Virus record (IMG/VR): IMGVR_UViG_3300009152_000030
Coordinates: 96,001-160,000 of that record
Reading direction: 5' to 3' (one strand)
Length of the DNA: 64,000 nt
DNA from: a virus
Made by a program: the position numbers and the translations under genes. Positions 28,308-40,170 of this stretch are shown piece after piece; the first letter of the stretch is position 1, and every line of letters starts with the position of its first letter. The notes under the pieces are model-generated. The model worked only from the letters and a program-made list of their open reading frames with translations, did not search any database and was not told the origin of the DNA.

Positions 28308-31242
28308 AAATATAGAAAATAGCATACAAGAAATTAATTTCCCAATTAATATCTATAGCTATATTGGAGACGTAGACGAAATAAAAAAAGAATATCCAAA
28401 AGATTCAGGACTAAATTACAATAGTACTTTTGGCCAAGGTAATTTTTTCAATGAAGTTGTAGGAAATAAATTTTTTCCTGTTTATATGCCAACCAATGAA
28501 ATACCGAGATCTTCTTATCGGAGTGGTGTTGAGAACTTTAATGATTTGACTTCATCTCTTAAGGATGGAGTTTTTTACGTTAAGCCAGGAGAGTACAGTA
28601 TTCAAGGTACAGTTATGTACTTAAACTACTTAAACTATCAAAACCTAGCAACTAGTACATTGGCCCAACAGGTATTAACTCTACCAACCTATAACACTAA
28701 GCCTAGTTTAAATTTCTTTAAAGCAGCAGTGTATAAAAATGAATCTTTCTGGATGTCTCCCAGTGAACATAATATTGCCGGTGAATATAGCCCACAAAAC
28801 TATATAGGTTATAGTTTTACAAATGATCAAAATCTTTTGGTCAATAATTATGTCTATAGAGGATCAGAAATTAAATTGCCTGTTGTCAGTAAAAGATTTT
28901 ATGAAGCAGACTTTGATATATCAAGTGAAAGTTTAGAACTGCATGCAGAACTTCTTGGTGTTATTCAAGCTAAAAATGTGAAAACTACCCAATACTTTAA
29001 CTCTGTATACTCACCTATGACAGAAATAACTAGTAGTCCAGGAGTTCTTACTGATAGTAAAACACATATTGCTGTAGACACAGATGGCACTGTAGATTTC
29101 TACACTTTAAAGAACTCATATATGGAAGCTGAGCTATATGGACTTGAGCAAATTTTAAAGAAAATTGCAGATGATCCAGGTGGGCCTGGAATAAGCGAGT
29201 ATGATGGGGAAAAAGTATGTTATGTAAATAGATATAAAGGTGAAGTCTTTTTTAGTAAACGGACATTACTGGGAAATATTAGTTCCTTATCTTTGCCTAA
29301 TTTTGGTGGAACTGGTGTAGCTATTCCAAGTCAGTATTTAACAGGTGGGGAATTAGATCCTAGTGAAAATCCTTATTTTGTAATTACCTTTGATGAGCCT
29401 TCAATAGCTGCTATGTTTGATGATTGTGGTCTTGTTCGTATAACCGGAGTAGACAGCGGCTATATACCTAAGGAAAACGTTTTAATCTTTAATAAGATTG
29501 GCAGCAAGACCGTACAGTTCAGATGGCCAGACTTTGAAGAGTACTTAGGAGATCCTTTATATACAAAAGAAACATTTGGAAATAAGATTTTTATAAATCC
29601 TTATACTGCAATGCTTACTCCAGACGTAGACTCCAAAGTATATGCGCTTTATGATGCAGTAATTGAGTTTCAAAAAGAAGTTCCAATTGCCAAAAGAGAA
29701 TTTTTATTCTCAGAAATAAAGCCTTGGCTTTGGAAGAAGCAGAGAACAATTGCTGTTCTCTCAAAAAGTGAAAAGGTTTACCCTTATTACATTTCTTTAA
29801 AACCAATAGATACACCTTATCTTTATACAAAAAATGGAATCAGTGTATATGGACCATTGTACAATGGAGCAGAGATAGTTTTACTAGAAGGGCAAGTTAC
29901 ATCTTATGATGGTCAACCTGTTATTGAGTGCGATGTAACTGTAAATGTTTTAACAGGAGAAGGTAACCTTGATGGTGAAACATCAATTGTTGTAACAACA
30001 GATGACGAAGGTAAGTTTTATACTTCTTATGATCCTAAATCTTCACGAGCTGCTTGGTTAAACTTCAAAGATGGCGATATTATAAGAGGCGCAACTTCTA
30101 CAACTTTACATGCTAATAGCGACTATAATGATTCTAAGTTATTTGAATACATTAACAGTGGTGATCAAGAAGTTATTATATATACAATATTAAAAGATGA
30201 CGGTAGTCTTGGTACATTAGGTAATAGGTTAATACTTGGAAGTAAAGACTATTTACTATCTGGTATGTCTCCAAGAGAAGAATATAAGAAAATGCTAACC
30301 GGGCCCTTTGGATACCGATTTGAAGGAAGAGGATTACATGGATTTTATATTTTTGATTTTCTGAGTGAAGAAGATGTTGCTAAGTATGTTGGTGGAAAAG
30401 TTAAACTATCTTATCTCTCATACTCAGGCTCTGATACTGAGGCAGATTTTATAATTAAAGATATACAAAGTTATCCTGAAGTTTGGCGTACTGCAGATCC
30501 ACTTGTTTACCAATACCCTAAAGATATTATTGATTACCGATTTAATACTTATCTAGTTTTTATTGAAGAGATAGATACTAATGGAGTAGTAAACGCAGCG
30601 GATATAAATACTATAGGAGTAGCGTCTTTCTTCACGTCTTCAGACGTACAATATGACAACGCTAAACTGAATGGAAGAAGAGTTGTTATTGCAGAAGCAA
30701 AAACCCATCGAGAGGATTGGTTACATCCAAGTATAGATGACTATTTAATTGATAAACAAATATTTGGCCCTGTTTTTACTAGCACTTATAACTCGTACAA
30801 TAGGAGTTTTACAGTAAACTCTGTGCTACCTTTATCAGATTCAAGTGATCCAAGTAAAATAATTGCAGGATTTTCTTTATTCCCAGAAAAGTTTGCAACT
30901 TTACAAGCAACAACTCTGGGCAAATATAACATCCCAATTTACTCTAATAAAGCTCAGTTCTATATAACTTTAAATGATAGAGATAGAGGTGTTGTAAAAA
31001 CACTATTAAATAAATATGTCCCTTATGGCTTTAGAATAAGAGATGATGTGAACTACGTAGGAAGTTCGACTATAGATATGGAAACATTTCTTACAATTAA
31101 TGTAACTTCAGGAAATTCCTTTTCAAGTCATAAATTTCCTTTAATTTCCTACCTAGATGGCAATGGTATTATTTATTCAGGCACAGCATACAAAACAGAT
31201 TCTTCGTCTTTGGGCTTGACTTTAAAATCAACTGAAGATTAA
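28297..31242 (+). CDS. Structural protein with Big-1-like Ig domain
   Basis: LEGQVTSYDGQPVIECDVTVNVLTGEGNLDGETSIVVTTDDEGKFYTSY matches an invasin/Big-1-type pattern. Confidence 0.5.
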   Translation: MALKNIENSIQEINFPINIYSYIGDVDEIKKEYPKDSGLNYNSTFGQGNFFNEVVGNKFFPVYMPTNEIPRSSYRSGVENFNDLTSSLKDGVFYVKPGEYSIQGTVMYLNYLNYQNLATSTLAQQVLTLPTYNTKPSLNFFKAAVYKNESFWMSPSEHNIAGEYSPQNYIGYSFTNDQNLLVNNYVYRGSEIKLPVVSKRFYEADFDISSESLELHAELLGVIQAKNVKTTQYFNSVYSPMTEITSSPGVLTDSKTHIAVDTDGTVDFYTLKNSYMEAELYGLEQILKKIADDPGGPGISEYDGEKVCYVNRYKGEVFFSKRTLLGNISSLSLPNFGGTGVAIPSQYLTGGELDPSENPYFVITFDEPSIAAMFDDCGLVRITGVDSGYIPKENVLIFNKIGSKTVQFRWPDFEEYLGDPLYTKETFGNKIFINPYTAMLTPDVDSKVYALYDAVIEFQKEVPIAKREFLFSEIKPWLWKKQRTIAVLSKSEKVYPYYISLKPIDTPYLYTKNGISVYGPLYNGAEIVLLEGQVTSYDGQPVIECDVTVNVLTGEGNLDGETSIVVTTDDEGKFYTSYDPKSSRAAWLNFKDGDIIRGATSTTLHANSDYNDSKLFEYINSGDQEVIIYTILKDDGSLGTLGNRLILGSKDYLLSGMSPREEYKKMLTGPFGYRFEGRGLHGFYIFDFLSEEDVAKYVGGKVKLSYLSYSGSDTEADFIIKDIQSYPEVWRTADPLVYQYPKDIIDYRFNTYLVFIEEIDTNGVVNAADINTIGVASFFTSSDVQYDNAKLNGRRVVIAEAKTHREDWLHPSIDDYLIDKQIFGPVFTSTYNSYNRSFTVNSVLPLSDSSDPSKIIAGFSLFPEKFATLQATTLGKYNIPIYSNKAQFYITLNDRDRGVVKTLLNKYVPYGFRIRDDVNYVGSSTIDMETFLTINVTSGNSFSSHKFPLISYLDGNGIIYSGTAYKTDSSSLGLTLKSTED

Positions 31243-31258
31243 ATATAAGGAATTATAA

Positions 31259-34200
31259 ATGAGTGATTTTCTTAAGACTCCGGCTACCAATGTAGTGTCA
31301 ACTATCTGGACGGCAGGAGAGCAGCCAACAGCAAGGAAGTTCAATGTTACGTTTAATAGCTATTATCAAGCTTTAAATACTGTATGTAAAATCCTAGGAC
31401 CCCTGGACAATGATAATCCTTCATTTAATAGTCGAGGAACCATAGTCTCTTCTTATACATATGGAAAAATGAATGATGAGGAGCGAGAGATCCTGTATGA
31501 AGATGCCGAAAAAGCTATAGTAAATAGCTTTAATCTTGCAAGAATTATTGGACCTCATGCTTCTTTAAATCCTATTTATCTTCCAGGGTCAGTGCATACA
31601 AAAGTAGAGCAGGCAACTGGATGGCTCTTGAACTCTACCAAGAAAGTTCAGCAATTACCTTTCCCACCTTATACAGCAGGAACTCCATATACACAGGCCG
31701 GTGCCAATTGGACTTGTAGTTATGACGTAGAGATATGGAGTGGTGGAGCACTATCCTCTGCTTGGAAACCAGTTCCAACACCAAGTATGGCCGTAACAAC
31801 TAAGACTAATAAGGTTTGGCATTTAAGTGTTGATGGAACACTTTACTCCAATCAAGCTTTTACTTCTGGAGATTACATCAAGTATACTTTACGTGTCCCT
31901 AATACATTTGGAGTGCTAGATTCAGGTTACAATTGCATTCCTGACTTGTCTATTTTTTCTCTAACCGATTATGCGCGTGGGATTTTATACGACGAATTGG
32001 AATACAAAGGAGCGCTAATTGTAAGCTATATTAGTTCAGATGGCTCTTACTCAAAATGGCAAGTTATATTGCCAAAAATCATATCAGCAAAAGATAGTCT
32101 TGTTAACTTAGATGGAAGAGGATTTTCTGCCACTGGAAGTAGTGATACCTTTGAGCCATTTGGAAAATATATTCCAGCAAATCCGTCTGTTGGAATCCCA
32201 ACATCAGGTAAACGTTATACATTGCCTTACCATTATATATCAGTCAATGGAACTAATTTAACTGAAAATGTTCTTAGTCTATACGACTCTGCGAGAGGAA
32301 AAAGTTATAGTCTTAATTTAAAGTGGGAAAGAACTAGTAATGAATGTGTCTTATATTTTTATGGACCTCTGTCATTAAAAGATCAGTTTGTCGCAAATGA
32401 TGGCACAACGTTATTGTCTAGTGGCACTTCACTTACAAATAGTAAAGATTTTGTTTTATTTTGTCTTGGTACAAATATTTCAGACACACTTGCTCAAACT
32501 ACATTAAACTATGCAAGACATAGACATGATGGTTTAGACTCTTATCGTATTAGCCACAGAAATCTTCTTGATCAAGAAAATAATATGCAAGGATTCCCTG
32601 ATGATCAAGATGGAAGTAATGGTGGTCTAGATTTTATTAACTATAATAGGCAACTTAGTTTTAGTATGGTAAGAGATAATCCGCATACGCAGTATTTGAA
32701 TAGGCTTGGTTATAGATTTGGTGGAAGTCAAGGCTTCTATAGTAACTTTTCAAGTAGCCTGGCTGTTGATCTGAATGCAATGCATGGTGACCTACTTTTC
32801 TATCCTATTTACAATTCCAATCCTTCATATCAGTATTCAAGCGAAATAAACTATAATGCTAATTTTGCTATAGGTGATACCGTAGAGGAAATAACTTGGG
32901 ATTTAACCAATCTTAGCTCAACAAAAACAGACGACTTTGTGGCCAGAAGAAGTCATGCAATGATATTTGGTTTCCCCGCACAATCTTCAAATAAAAAGTA
33001 TTTGCTAGGAGCAACTAAGCTTTATTATGAGCCATACAATTTTATAAACTCTAGTAGCTGGGACAATACTGGGGAAAAATGGAATCTCTGGAGACATGGT
33101 TTTATTCCTGGTAATACTACTGGCAACGGTACTTATGGTAGAGGTTTAAACATTGGATGGGGTAATCTATTTTTTGGACATAGAGAAGATATACTGAATG
33201 GTAGATTTACTCAAACTGAAACTAAAACAGAAGCAAGTGCTTTTTGGAGAACAAGTGAATTTAATGTAGTTACTACTGGTAATAATCAGGCTGGAAATAA
33301 TACTAATAGTGAAATTAAAAATGGTTATGCCTATAGAGATGGATTCAATGTAAGAGCAGTAAAAGGTTCTAGTATTTGGTTATCCGCTGGAGATTCTTTT
33401 GCTGCTGGCTTGGGGCCAGCTGGTGGTAAAAATGTAGATTCTAATCCGGGAACAATTGCAATTGAGGCTAACTATCCTGCATATGAAGGCAGTGTTGTTA
33501 CAGGAGGCGCTCGCAGTCTTTTAACATTGAATGAGTATAAAGAGCAAGGATCCTCTGGAGTCGGTATTTTTGCAAGCCCAGGGCCAAAAACAACTGTTGT
33601 TACAGGCGGCTCTATTGAAAATCGCATACCATGGGCTACAAAGATTCCAAGTAACTATACATTTGCTCAGCTATGGGATAAAAATTCTTTCATTACCTTA
33701 CCAAGCACGGCGGTGGATGAATTATGGGGTCGTGGACCGCTTTTAGATATATTTAGTCTTGCTCTAGATGTAAATAAAAAAAGTATTGATCCGGCTGGAG
33801 ATTACTTCAATACTTTAAGTTCTGCAACTAATATTCCTGTTGGGAAAGATAGCAATCTTGGAAGTTGGCCGTTTGGAAGACCTCTAGTTAGAGGTACATA
33901 TGGTATTGATTTTTGCCTAAGTGGACAATTAGATAACTTATCTACAGATTTCAAAACTGGAAATACGCTGTATGGGACATATGAACATGAAGATACTGTT
34001 CCAAGTGAATGGGGACCATATAAGGCAGTTCTTAAAACTTCAAGTAATCTCAATGAATTTGTACATAGAGAGTTTAGATTTTGGGGTAAAAATAGTAAAG
34101 AACTACCTAGTTCAGATTATGGAGATCTTGCTAATACACAAGGCGGTAATATTAACTTGCTTTATGGGTTAAATCAGCCCTACAAAAGATTTGGAAAATC

Positions 34201-35575
34201 TATCACAGATCTTACTAGCCAGCTTAGTGGTGGAGACGCAACCACATACAGCCCATGGCTAAATGCAAGAGCAATTTCTTTAGGCTCTTCCAATGCTATG
34301 AATTATGGATCAGCTATAAGAAATGCATCATACGTAGATGCTTTCCAGGGTATACGTCACGATCCTTTGCAGTCTTATGTTGCGGAATATGTTTATCCTT
34401 TTAGAGCTGTAATAGACACAGGTTATTTTGTTAATCATTTTGTTTCGGCTATTGATGCTGCTACTGGCAATTTAACATATGTGGCAAATGGTGGGCCTAG
34501 TGAGGATGCAATCAATTCCGACATTACACAAATTATATGTCAGAGGAATATTGTTATTAAAGAATCTACTAATGCGGATAATCCTCTGCCTGATAATTAC
34601 TATAGCAATAGTTTGGTTTTTGCATATATTGAAGATAATGCATTGCCATCAATAGATGCTTTAATAAGAGGAAGTGAAGAAATTTTTCTTCAGAATAGCT
34701 CAAGTTCTTATAGCAATCTTTTTCCTAGATGCCTTGTTGATTTTAAAGTTAATTTAGATTACTTTATCGGTAAAAAAGTTGCCAACTATGAGACTACTTG
34801 GACATTGACTGAAAGTAATGATCCTCAAAAAAACTCTCCGCATGAAGGGTTAATGGGTTTAGCTCCAGAGCATGAAAACGAAAGATCTTATGGAAGAGTT
34901 CTTGTCGGGTATAACGTTATGGTTCCTGCATCTGGTTTTGGTGTAAATGGTGTCACAGCACCTCTCGAATCTTATTCGGGCCAAGATAACTATACTGGAG
35001 TTGGTCTAAACCAGCAAGGCGTTAACAGATTGAATGTTGTTATGTCAAATAGACAGCCTCAACCTTTTATGGGCTATCTAGGGACCTCGACTGCCAACGC
35101 AAATTTACGGGTAAGGAATAATCCCAATACTATTATTGGTTATCAGGATTTTCTTGGAAGAATACATGCCACCAATATGCCAGCATTGAATGCAAAATAT
35201 CCATTATTCTCATCAGTATATGATAACAAGTACCATACAAAAAAGAAATTCGCTTACGAAATAGATAATACAAAAGGCATCATTGACCAGTTATTTGTTC
35301 CAGTAGTTAATATTCCTGATTTTTATTTTGCAAGATACAGGGACGGAGGAGCCTGGAAACATAATTATAACTACTCTGTTCCTTATAGAGTGTATATAGC
35401 TGATCCTTCTACATTAAAGCCAGTATACAGAACTGGAACTGGAGCTTTTAAATATGCAGATGATATTGGTACGCCCAACCAAAGTTATTCTTTAATGAAA
35501 GTAATGGTTGAATTAAGAGGAAAAATAATAATTAAAGTAGTAACTGCTCCTATGACAAACCCAATTGTAGATTAA
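31259..35575 (+). CDS. Large tail fibre-like structural protein
   Basis: N-terminal WTAGEQPTARKFN; fibre-type motifs HRHDG..ISHRNL and DNPHTQYL; G/S/N-rich; AAGGA RBS. Confidence 0.5.
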   Translation: MSDFLKTPATNVVSTIWTAGEQPTARKFNVTFNSYYQALNTVCKILGPLDNDNPSFNSRGTIVSSYTYGKMNDEEREILYEDAEKAIVNSFNLARIIGPHASLNPIYLPGSVHTKVEQATGWLLNSTKKVQQLPFPPYTAGTPYTQAGANWTCSYDVEIWSGGALSSAWKPVPTPSMAVTTKTNKVWHLSVDGTLYSNQAFTSGDYIKYTLRVPNTFGVLDSGYNCIPDLSIFSLTDYARGILYDELEYKGALIVSYISSDGSYSKWQVILPKIISAKDSLVNLDGRGFSATGSSDTFEPFGKYIPANPSVGIPTSGKRYTLPYHYISVNGTNLTENVLSLYDSARGKSYSLNLKWERTSNECVLYFYGPLSLKDQFVANDGTTLLSSGTSLTNSKDFVLFCLGTNISDTLAQTTLNYARHRHDGLDSYRISHRNLLDQENNMQGFPDDQDGSNGGLDFINYNRQLSFSMVRDNPHTQYLNRLGYRFGGSQGFYSNFSSSLAVDLNAMHGDLLFYPIYNSNPSYQYSSEINYNANFAIGDTVEEITWDLTNLSSTKTDDFVARRSHAMIFGFPAQSSNKKYLLGATKLYYEPYNFINSSSWDNTGEKWNLWRHGFIPGNTTGNGTYGRGLNIGWGNLFFGHREDILNGRFTQTETKTEASAFWRTSEFNVVTTGNNQAGNNTNSEIKNGYAYRDGFNVRAVKGSSIWLSAGDSFAAGLGPAGGKNVDSNPGTIAIEANYPAYEGSVVTGGARSLLTLNEYKEQGSSGVGIFASPGPKTTVVTGGSIENRIPWATKIPSNYTFAQLWDKNSFITLPSTAVDELWGRGPLLDIFSLALDVNKKSIDPAGDYFNTLSSATNIPVGKDSNLGSWPFGRPLVRGTYGIDFCLSGQLDNLSTDFKTGNTLYGTYEHEDTVPSEWGPYKAVLKTSSNLNEFVHREFRFWGKNSKELPSSDYGDLANTQGGNINLLYGLNQPYKRFGKSITDLTSQLSGGDATTYSPWLNARAISLGSSNAMNYGSAIRNASYVDAFQGIRHDPLQSYVAEYVYPFRAVIDTGYFVNHFVSAIDAATGNLTYVANGGPSEDAINSDITQIICQRNIVIKESTNADNPLPDNYYSNSLVFAYIEDNALPSIDALIRGSEEIFLQNSSSSYSNLFPRCLVDFKVNLDYFIGKKVANYETTWTLTESNDPQKNSPHEGLMGLAPEHENERSYGRVLVGYNVMVPASGFGVNGVTAPLESYSGQDNYTGVGLNQQGVNRLNVVMSNRQPQPFMGYLGTSTANANLRVRNNPNTIIGYQDFLGRIHATNMPALNAKYPLFSSVYDNKYHTKKKFAYEIDNTKGIIDQLFVPVVNIPDFYFARYRDGGAWKHNYNYSVPYRVYIADPSTLKPVYRTGTGAFKYADDIGTPNQSYSLMKVMVELRGKIIIKVVTAPMTNPIVD

Positions 35576-35576
35576 C

Positions 35577-37793
35577 ATGAGTATTGCAATTACAATAAGA
35601 GTAACTGGTAATCCGGTTGAGTATGAATATGATATTCAAGTATATACTCATGTTCAACGTGATTATATTTACTATAGACAAGAAGTTAAGTCTAACGAGA
35701 TTCAACTTGCCTACTTAGAAACATTACCTATTCTTTCACATGAAGCAATCGAATTAAATTCTTATTTGGAAAATATTATTCCGCCAATTGATACAACAGT
35801 ATACAGTACAAAAGAAAACGTAGTATACAGCGAGAAGAGTAACCTTATCTTTACTACGGTAACTGCGCCGGAGTCATACGGTAAAAAACCATTATTCTTT
35901 TGTCACAAGATAAAAGGAAAAGTTTCTAATGTAAGTTTTATTCCTTGGAAGAATGGGATAGATTCTTCTAACTGGATATATTTAGAGAAATATAATGCTA
36001 TTTTTTCTGATCTTATGAATGATCTTGATAGCGAAATTGGAAGATACAATGCTAATTATGTACAGTATACGACTGGCTCAGGTTCAATCTATGCCCAAAG
36101 CGGTCAATCTATTAAGGAAATTTACAAAAGAGAACCATTGTTTTCAGAACAAACAGTATTTGATTATGATGAAGAGACTCTAGAAATTAATGAAAATGCG
36201 CCCGTCTACTACAAAAGTCAAGAAGCCAATGGGCAATGGAAATATCAATTTATAAAGCCGGTAAATGAAACACTATACTATACTGAGTATAGGCAAGCAA
36301 AACTCTCGGCAAGAATGAATCCTGGCTTGCCATTAAACTATAGTTGGCCAATAGAAATTATTGGTAGTTCTCTTACAGTTAAACCAAGCCAAGGGGCCAG
36401 CATAACTTATAACTGGGCAAACCCAGATGCTGATAGGTGGTTTCCTTACTATCCATACCTAACATTAAAAAAACAAGCTTACTATGTTAATAGAACTAGT
36501 TTTCAAGTTTTAAATAGCCATATTGTTTTAAATCCCTCAGAAAGTATTCATCTAACATTTAAAGTCTATAGATACTCAGAGAGCAGTAAAGACTATAACT
36601 TATTGTTTGCTCAATCAACTGATATTGCTTATGTTGGTAAAAAAATATCCGGAAATTACATAGATAATAATATTATTAAATATACTAAGTTTACTGGCTC
36701 AGTAGATTACTCACTTGGAATAGTTACAATATCAGATCAAGTACCTCTTAATCCAAGAGACAAGATCATTGCAGAGTATGTAGTTAAAGAAGAAGAAAGT
36801 GAATATAACTTCTATAACGTTAATCCTTTGCACAACAAAAAAGTCCTTGATGGATATCTATTTTTCTTTGCTACCCCAAAGACAGAAAGTGAAAACTCTA
36901 AAATATACTGGGCATGGATAAAAGATAGATACAATGATGAAATATCTGCATACTCAGAATATGTCTATGATACAAACTATCCAAATAAATCTTTAATCCT
37001 AGGATTATTTGTTTCTGATTTTAAAGATATGTGTACTTATAACTTTATAGAAAGTTATGTTCCTGACAGTCTTACAGCTGATATGAAATTCTTGCCAATA
37101 TGTTCTGCTTCTTTTAAGAAAAAGAAATATACAGAGTTTTCTTCTATTAAAGACCTAAGAGTTCTAGGTGCACTTAAAGAGGATTATGAAATTGAAAAGA
37201 AAAACAAAAACGCTGTTTTTTCTAATATCTTAAATGCTTCTGGCTTTATCAATGTAGATAGTAGTTCTCAAGTTTTTGTCTATATCGACAAAGATCAAAG
37301 TTTCTATCCTGATTCTCTTGATGATTTAAACTTTAAAAACATTATCAATCAAAATCTTCCTGTTACTCTAGTAGGACATCAAAAAAGTATAAACTATGTA
37401 GACATTAGTTATTTACATATTAAAGGTAGAACTGAGTCAGAAGAACAAATCTTGACCATAAACATGGAAGTTCTCCACAAAGGTAATAGACTTGCAGTTT
37501 ACGTAGTGGATAATCCAAACGGTGTTTCTAGCAAAGACATTCTATTAACTACATTGGATGTAGTTGACTACTCAGAGTCAAATGCCGAACTAGAAAGTAA
37601 TGGCACAGTACGTTATACTAAGGAAGTAAATTTAGTGCCGGAGTCTGCAACTAGTACGACTTTAAATGATACTGTAAAAGATTTCATCTATCTTGCTTTC
37701 GAATCATATCAATATGATCTTGCAACTGGTGAAGAAACTTTGCTTGGCCCAAGATCACAGGTATCTTGCTACTACATAGATAGGAGTCTCTAA
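35577..37793 (+). CDS. Virion structural protein
   Basis: Operon position; 'VDYSLGIVT..PLNPRDKIIAEY' phage structural repeat. Confidence 0.4.
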   Translation: MSIAITIRVTGNPVEYEYDIQVYTHVQRDYIYYRQEVKSNEIQLAYLETLPILSHEAIELNSYLENIIPPIDTTVYSTKENVVYSEKSNLIFTTVTAPESYGKKPLFFCHKIKGKVSNVSFIPWKNGIDSSNWIYLEKYNAIFSDLMNDLDSEIGRYNANYVQYTTGSGSIYAQSGQSIKEIYKREPLFSEQTVFDYDEETLEINENAPVYYKSQEANGQWKYQFIKPVNETLYYTEYRQAKLSARMNPGLPLNYSWPIEIIGSSLTVKPSQGASITYNWANPDADRWFPYYPYLTLKKQAYYVNRTSFQVLNSHIVLNPSESIHLTFKVYRYSESSKDYNLLFAQSTDIAYVGKKISGNYIDNNIIKYTKFTGSVDYSLGIVTISDQVPLNPRDKIIAEYVVKEEESEYNFYNVNPLHNKKVLDGYLFFFATPKTESENSKIYWAWIKDRYNDEISAYSEYVYDTNYPNKSLILGLFVSDFKDMCTYNFIESYVPDSLTADMKFLPICSASFKKKKYTEFSSIKDLRVLGALKEDYEIEKKNKNAVFSNILNASGFINVDSSSQVFVYIDKDQSFYPDSLDDLNFKNIINQNLPVTLVGHQKSINYVDISYLHIKGRTESEEQILTINMEVLHKGNRLAVYVVDNPNGVSSKDILLTTLDVVDYSESNAELESNGTVRYTKEVNLVPESATSTTLNDTVKDFIYLAFESYQYDLATGEETLLGPRSQVSCYYIDRSL

Positions 37794-38404
37794 TGAATTT
37801 ATCATGGTTTAGTTCTTCTCCGTTTACAACGGCAAATAATTTGATTAACGATAATAGTGTTATTAATGCTGTTTATTCCTCTGGAACTCCTGGTGGACAA
37901 ATTCTTTCCTTCTGGGTGGTTAATAATGGGAATGAATTACCAAATACAGTTGTTGGAGAATTAGTTAATTTTGGATTTTATATTGACTCTGATAATCCAG
38001 AAGACAAAAATAAAATCTTAGACTTAGCTAGTCTTAAGAATGACGACGACGAGACTCCTTACGGACTTTATATTTTCTTCGGATGGACTGGAAGCAATGT
38101 GCCATCTGTTGATAGAGTTAGTGGATCTAGTGATTCAGAGTTACTTTCTAAGTTTAAAGTATCCTGGACAAAAGGAAATAGTGTAATAAATCCTATTCTT
38201 TTATCAGAATCTTATACTTTTAATGGATCAAACTATACAAAAAGAACTAATCTTCAAGTGAATGAAGGAAATCTTGATGCCGACAATGAGGGTAAAGGTT
38301 CTCTGTATGTTGTTTTGGCATTAGTTGTTCCTCCCTCAGAGAGTAACTATGGTTCTTTCCTCTCAAAGATTAGATTAAATGCAACGTGCATAAAGGAAAT
38401 ATAA
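37793..38404 (+). CDS. Hypothetical structural protein
   Basis: TAATG-coupled ORF with AGGAG RBS in the structural operon. Confidence 0.4.
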   Translation: MNLSWFSSSPFTTANNLINDNSVINAVYSSGTPGGQILSFWVVNNGNELPNTVVGELVNFGFYIDSDNPEDKNKILDLASLKNDDDETPYGLYIFFGWTGSNVPSVDRVSGSSDSELLSKFKVSWTKGNSVINPILLSESYTFNGSNYTKRTNLQVNEGNLDADNEGKGSLYVVLALVVPPSESNYGSFLSKIRLNATCIKEI

Positions 38405-38794
38405 ATGATGTGGCAGGAAAAAGGAAATAATAATATTTGGTTGATTGAAAAGACACCAGTCTTTAATCTAAGGTCACCGGGAGTAACATTAAGTTTTCCT
38501 AATAAAAATATTGTTATTGACTTATCTGGTATATATTCAATAAGAAAAAGAAGAATTATAAGAGATAATAGTTACGAGATAGTTTACAAGGTAACTATTG
38601 AAGAAATCCTCACAACTAGTAAGTTTGTTGGAATTGAGGAGATAGAAAGTCGAGAAACAAAAGTTGATCTTATCTTTCCAATCATCAAAACAATAAATAG
38701 TCTATCTGGTAAACGTCAGCGCCGCTTGCTAGTCAGTGAAAGAAGAAAAGCAATTGAATTTTCAGTTAATTCTCAAGGTAAAGTTATAGGATAA
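38405..38794 (+). CDS. Hypothetical protein
   Basis: Abutting ORF with AAGGA RBS. Confidence 0.4.
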   Translation: MMWQEKGNNNIWLIEKTPVFNLRSPGVTLSFPNKNIVIDLSGIYSIRKRRIIRDNSYEIVYKVTIEEILTTSKFVGIEEIESRETKVDLIFPIIKTINSLSGKRQRRLLVSERRKAIEFSVNSQGKVIG

Positions 38795-38796
38795 CT

Positions 38797-40170
38797 ATGT
38801 CTGAACAATGTTACTTTATAAATCCTAACTTTACTGCTAATACAACTATAGCTCAACCTTACTTCAATACTTTTGATATTGCAGGAAGAGTGCAAATTGT
38901 TGAGTCTATGTTCACTGATCTTTCTCTAACAGTCCAAAGAGGAATGGTTGGCTTGGATGGTCTAATGAATAGACAAAAGAAACAGCAACTTACTCTAATG
39001 AATATGATGAGAGATGTAACTAGTGATTTATTTATAGAAAAAGCCTTTGTAACACTAGGCATAACAAAGTCGAAAGACACATTTAATGTTTGGCAATCAT
39101 CTTGGCCTATTCTAGAGTGGGATACTATTGTAATAGATAAAGTGTCGAAAGAATTTGAAATAATTCAAGGAGATTTTAAGGCTCAAATAGTTGACAATGC
39201 TATTGTGAGTATAGATACCGATACCCTAGGAACATATACAAGGGTTCACTATCGACTTTCTTCTGGAAAGGTTGCACCTGTAATAGTGGAAATTTCTAAA
39301 GATAAAGTTGCAAGTAAAAATAATATAAATCAGATATATATAAAAACACCACAAAGTGATTTCAATTTGTATCAAGATTTTTTTTCCAATGAAATTGGAA
39401 TATCTAATGAAATAGACCGTTTGATTATTCCAACAATGGTTTCTGAGTTAATTATATTTTATAAGAATACTCTTATAGATAAAAGAAACCATTTATATGT
39501 GAAAGCTTACCCGGTAGAGGCTCTAAGAGATGAGATTATAAGCGGAGAAACAACCTGGAAAACTGACACTGAAATATCTAACATCTCAGTGCTGAGTTTA
39601 GGTGAATACAATATCTGTGATCTAACTATTATTGCAGAAAATAGAACTTATAAAATGCAGTGTGGAAGCTCATTTACTAATAATTTTTCCAGATTAGATC
39701 TTCTAGGTTATTCCCCTAGTCTGAACGCAACTTACTTTAAGTTTCCATTCCCTGTAGATCTAACAGATACAATTACTATTTATAAGAATTTGAATACAGG
39801 TGTTCCAATATTAGATTGGGAGTATAGTTTTACTAGCGCATTAGGACCTTGGGATCCGGCTGAGAAACTTAGTGATTCTCAACAGGTATATCCTGTTACG
39901 GAGTTTACAGCTGCCAAAAAAGAGCTATACATTAAAGTAAATACATTCTGCGATAGTGGATATGCCCGCTATACTGGAAGTCAAGGAATAAACTGCAGTT
40001 GGCCTCTTAGTGAGGATAAAAAATTTTTATGGACAGGTGGAAAAATTGAGTGTAAAGTAACTGGACCTATGCAGATTACTGCAAGAATAACATCTGGCTA
40101 TAATCAGTTTAATTGGAATAGTGAACTTTTAAATTTTATTTTTCCACTTGGACAAATAGGAATTAGTTAA
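38797..40170 (+). CDS. Hypothetical structural protein
   Basis: Abutting ORF in the structural operon; short coiled coil followed by a beta-rich region. Confidence 0.4.
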   Translation: MSEQCYFINPNFTANTTIAQPYFNTFDIAGRVQIVESMFTDLSLTVQRGMVGLDGLMNRQKKQQLTLMNMMRDVTSDLFIEKAFVTLGITKSKDTFNVWQSSWPILEWDTIVIDKVSKEFEIIQGDFKAQIVDNAIVSIDTDTLGTYTRVHYRLSSGKVAPVIVEISKDKVASKNNINQIYIKTPQSDFNLYQDFFSNEIGISNEIDRLIIPTMVSELIIFYKNTLIDKRNHLYVKAYPVEALRDEIISGETTWKTDTEISNISVLSLGEYNICDLTIIAENRTYKMQCGSSFTNNFSRLDLLGYSPSLNATYFKFPFPVDLTDTITIYKNLNTGVPILDWEYSFTSALGPWDPAEKLSDSQQVYPVTEFTAAKKELYIKVNTFCDSGYARYTGSQGINCSWPLSEDKKFLWTGGKIECKVTGPMQITARITSGYNQFNWNSELLNFIFPLGQIGIS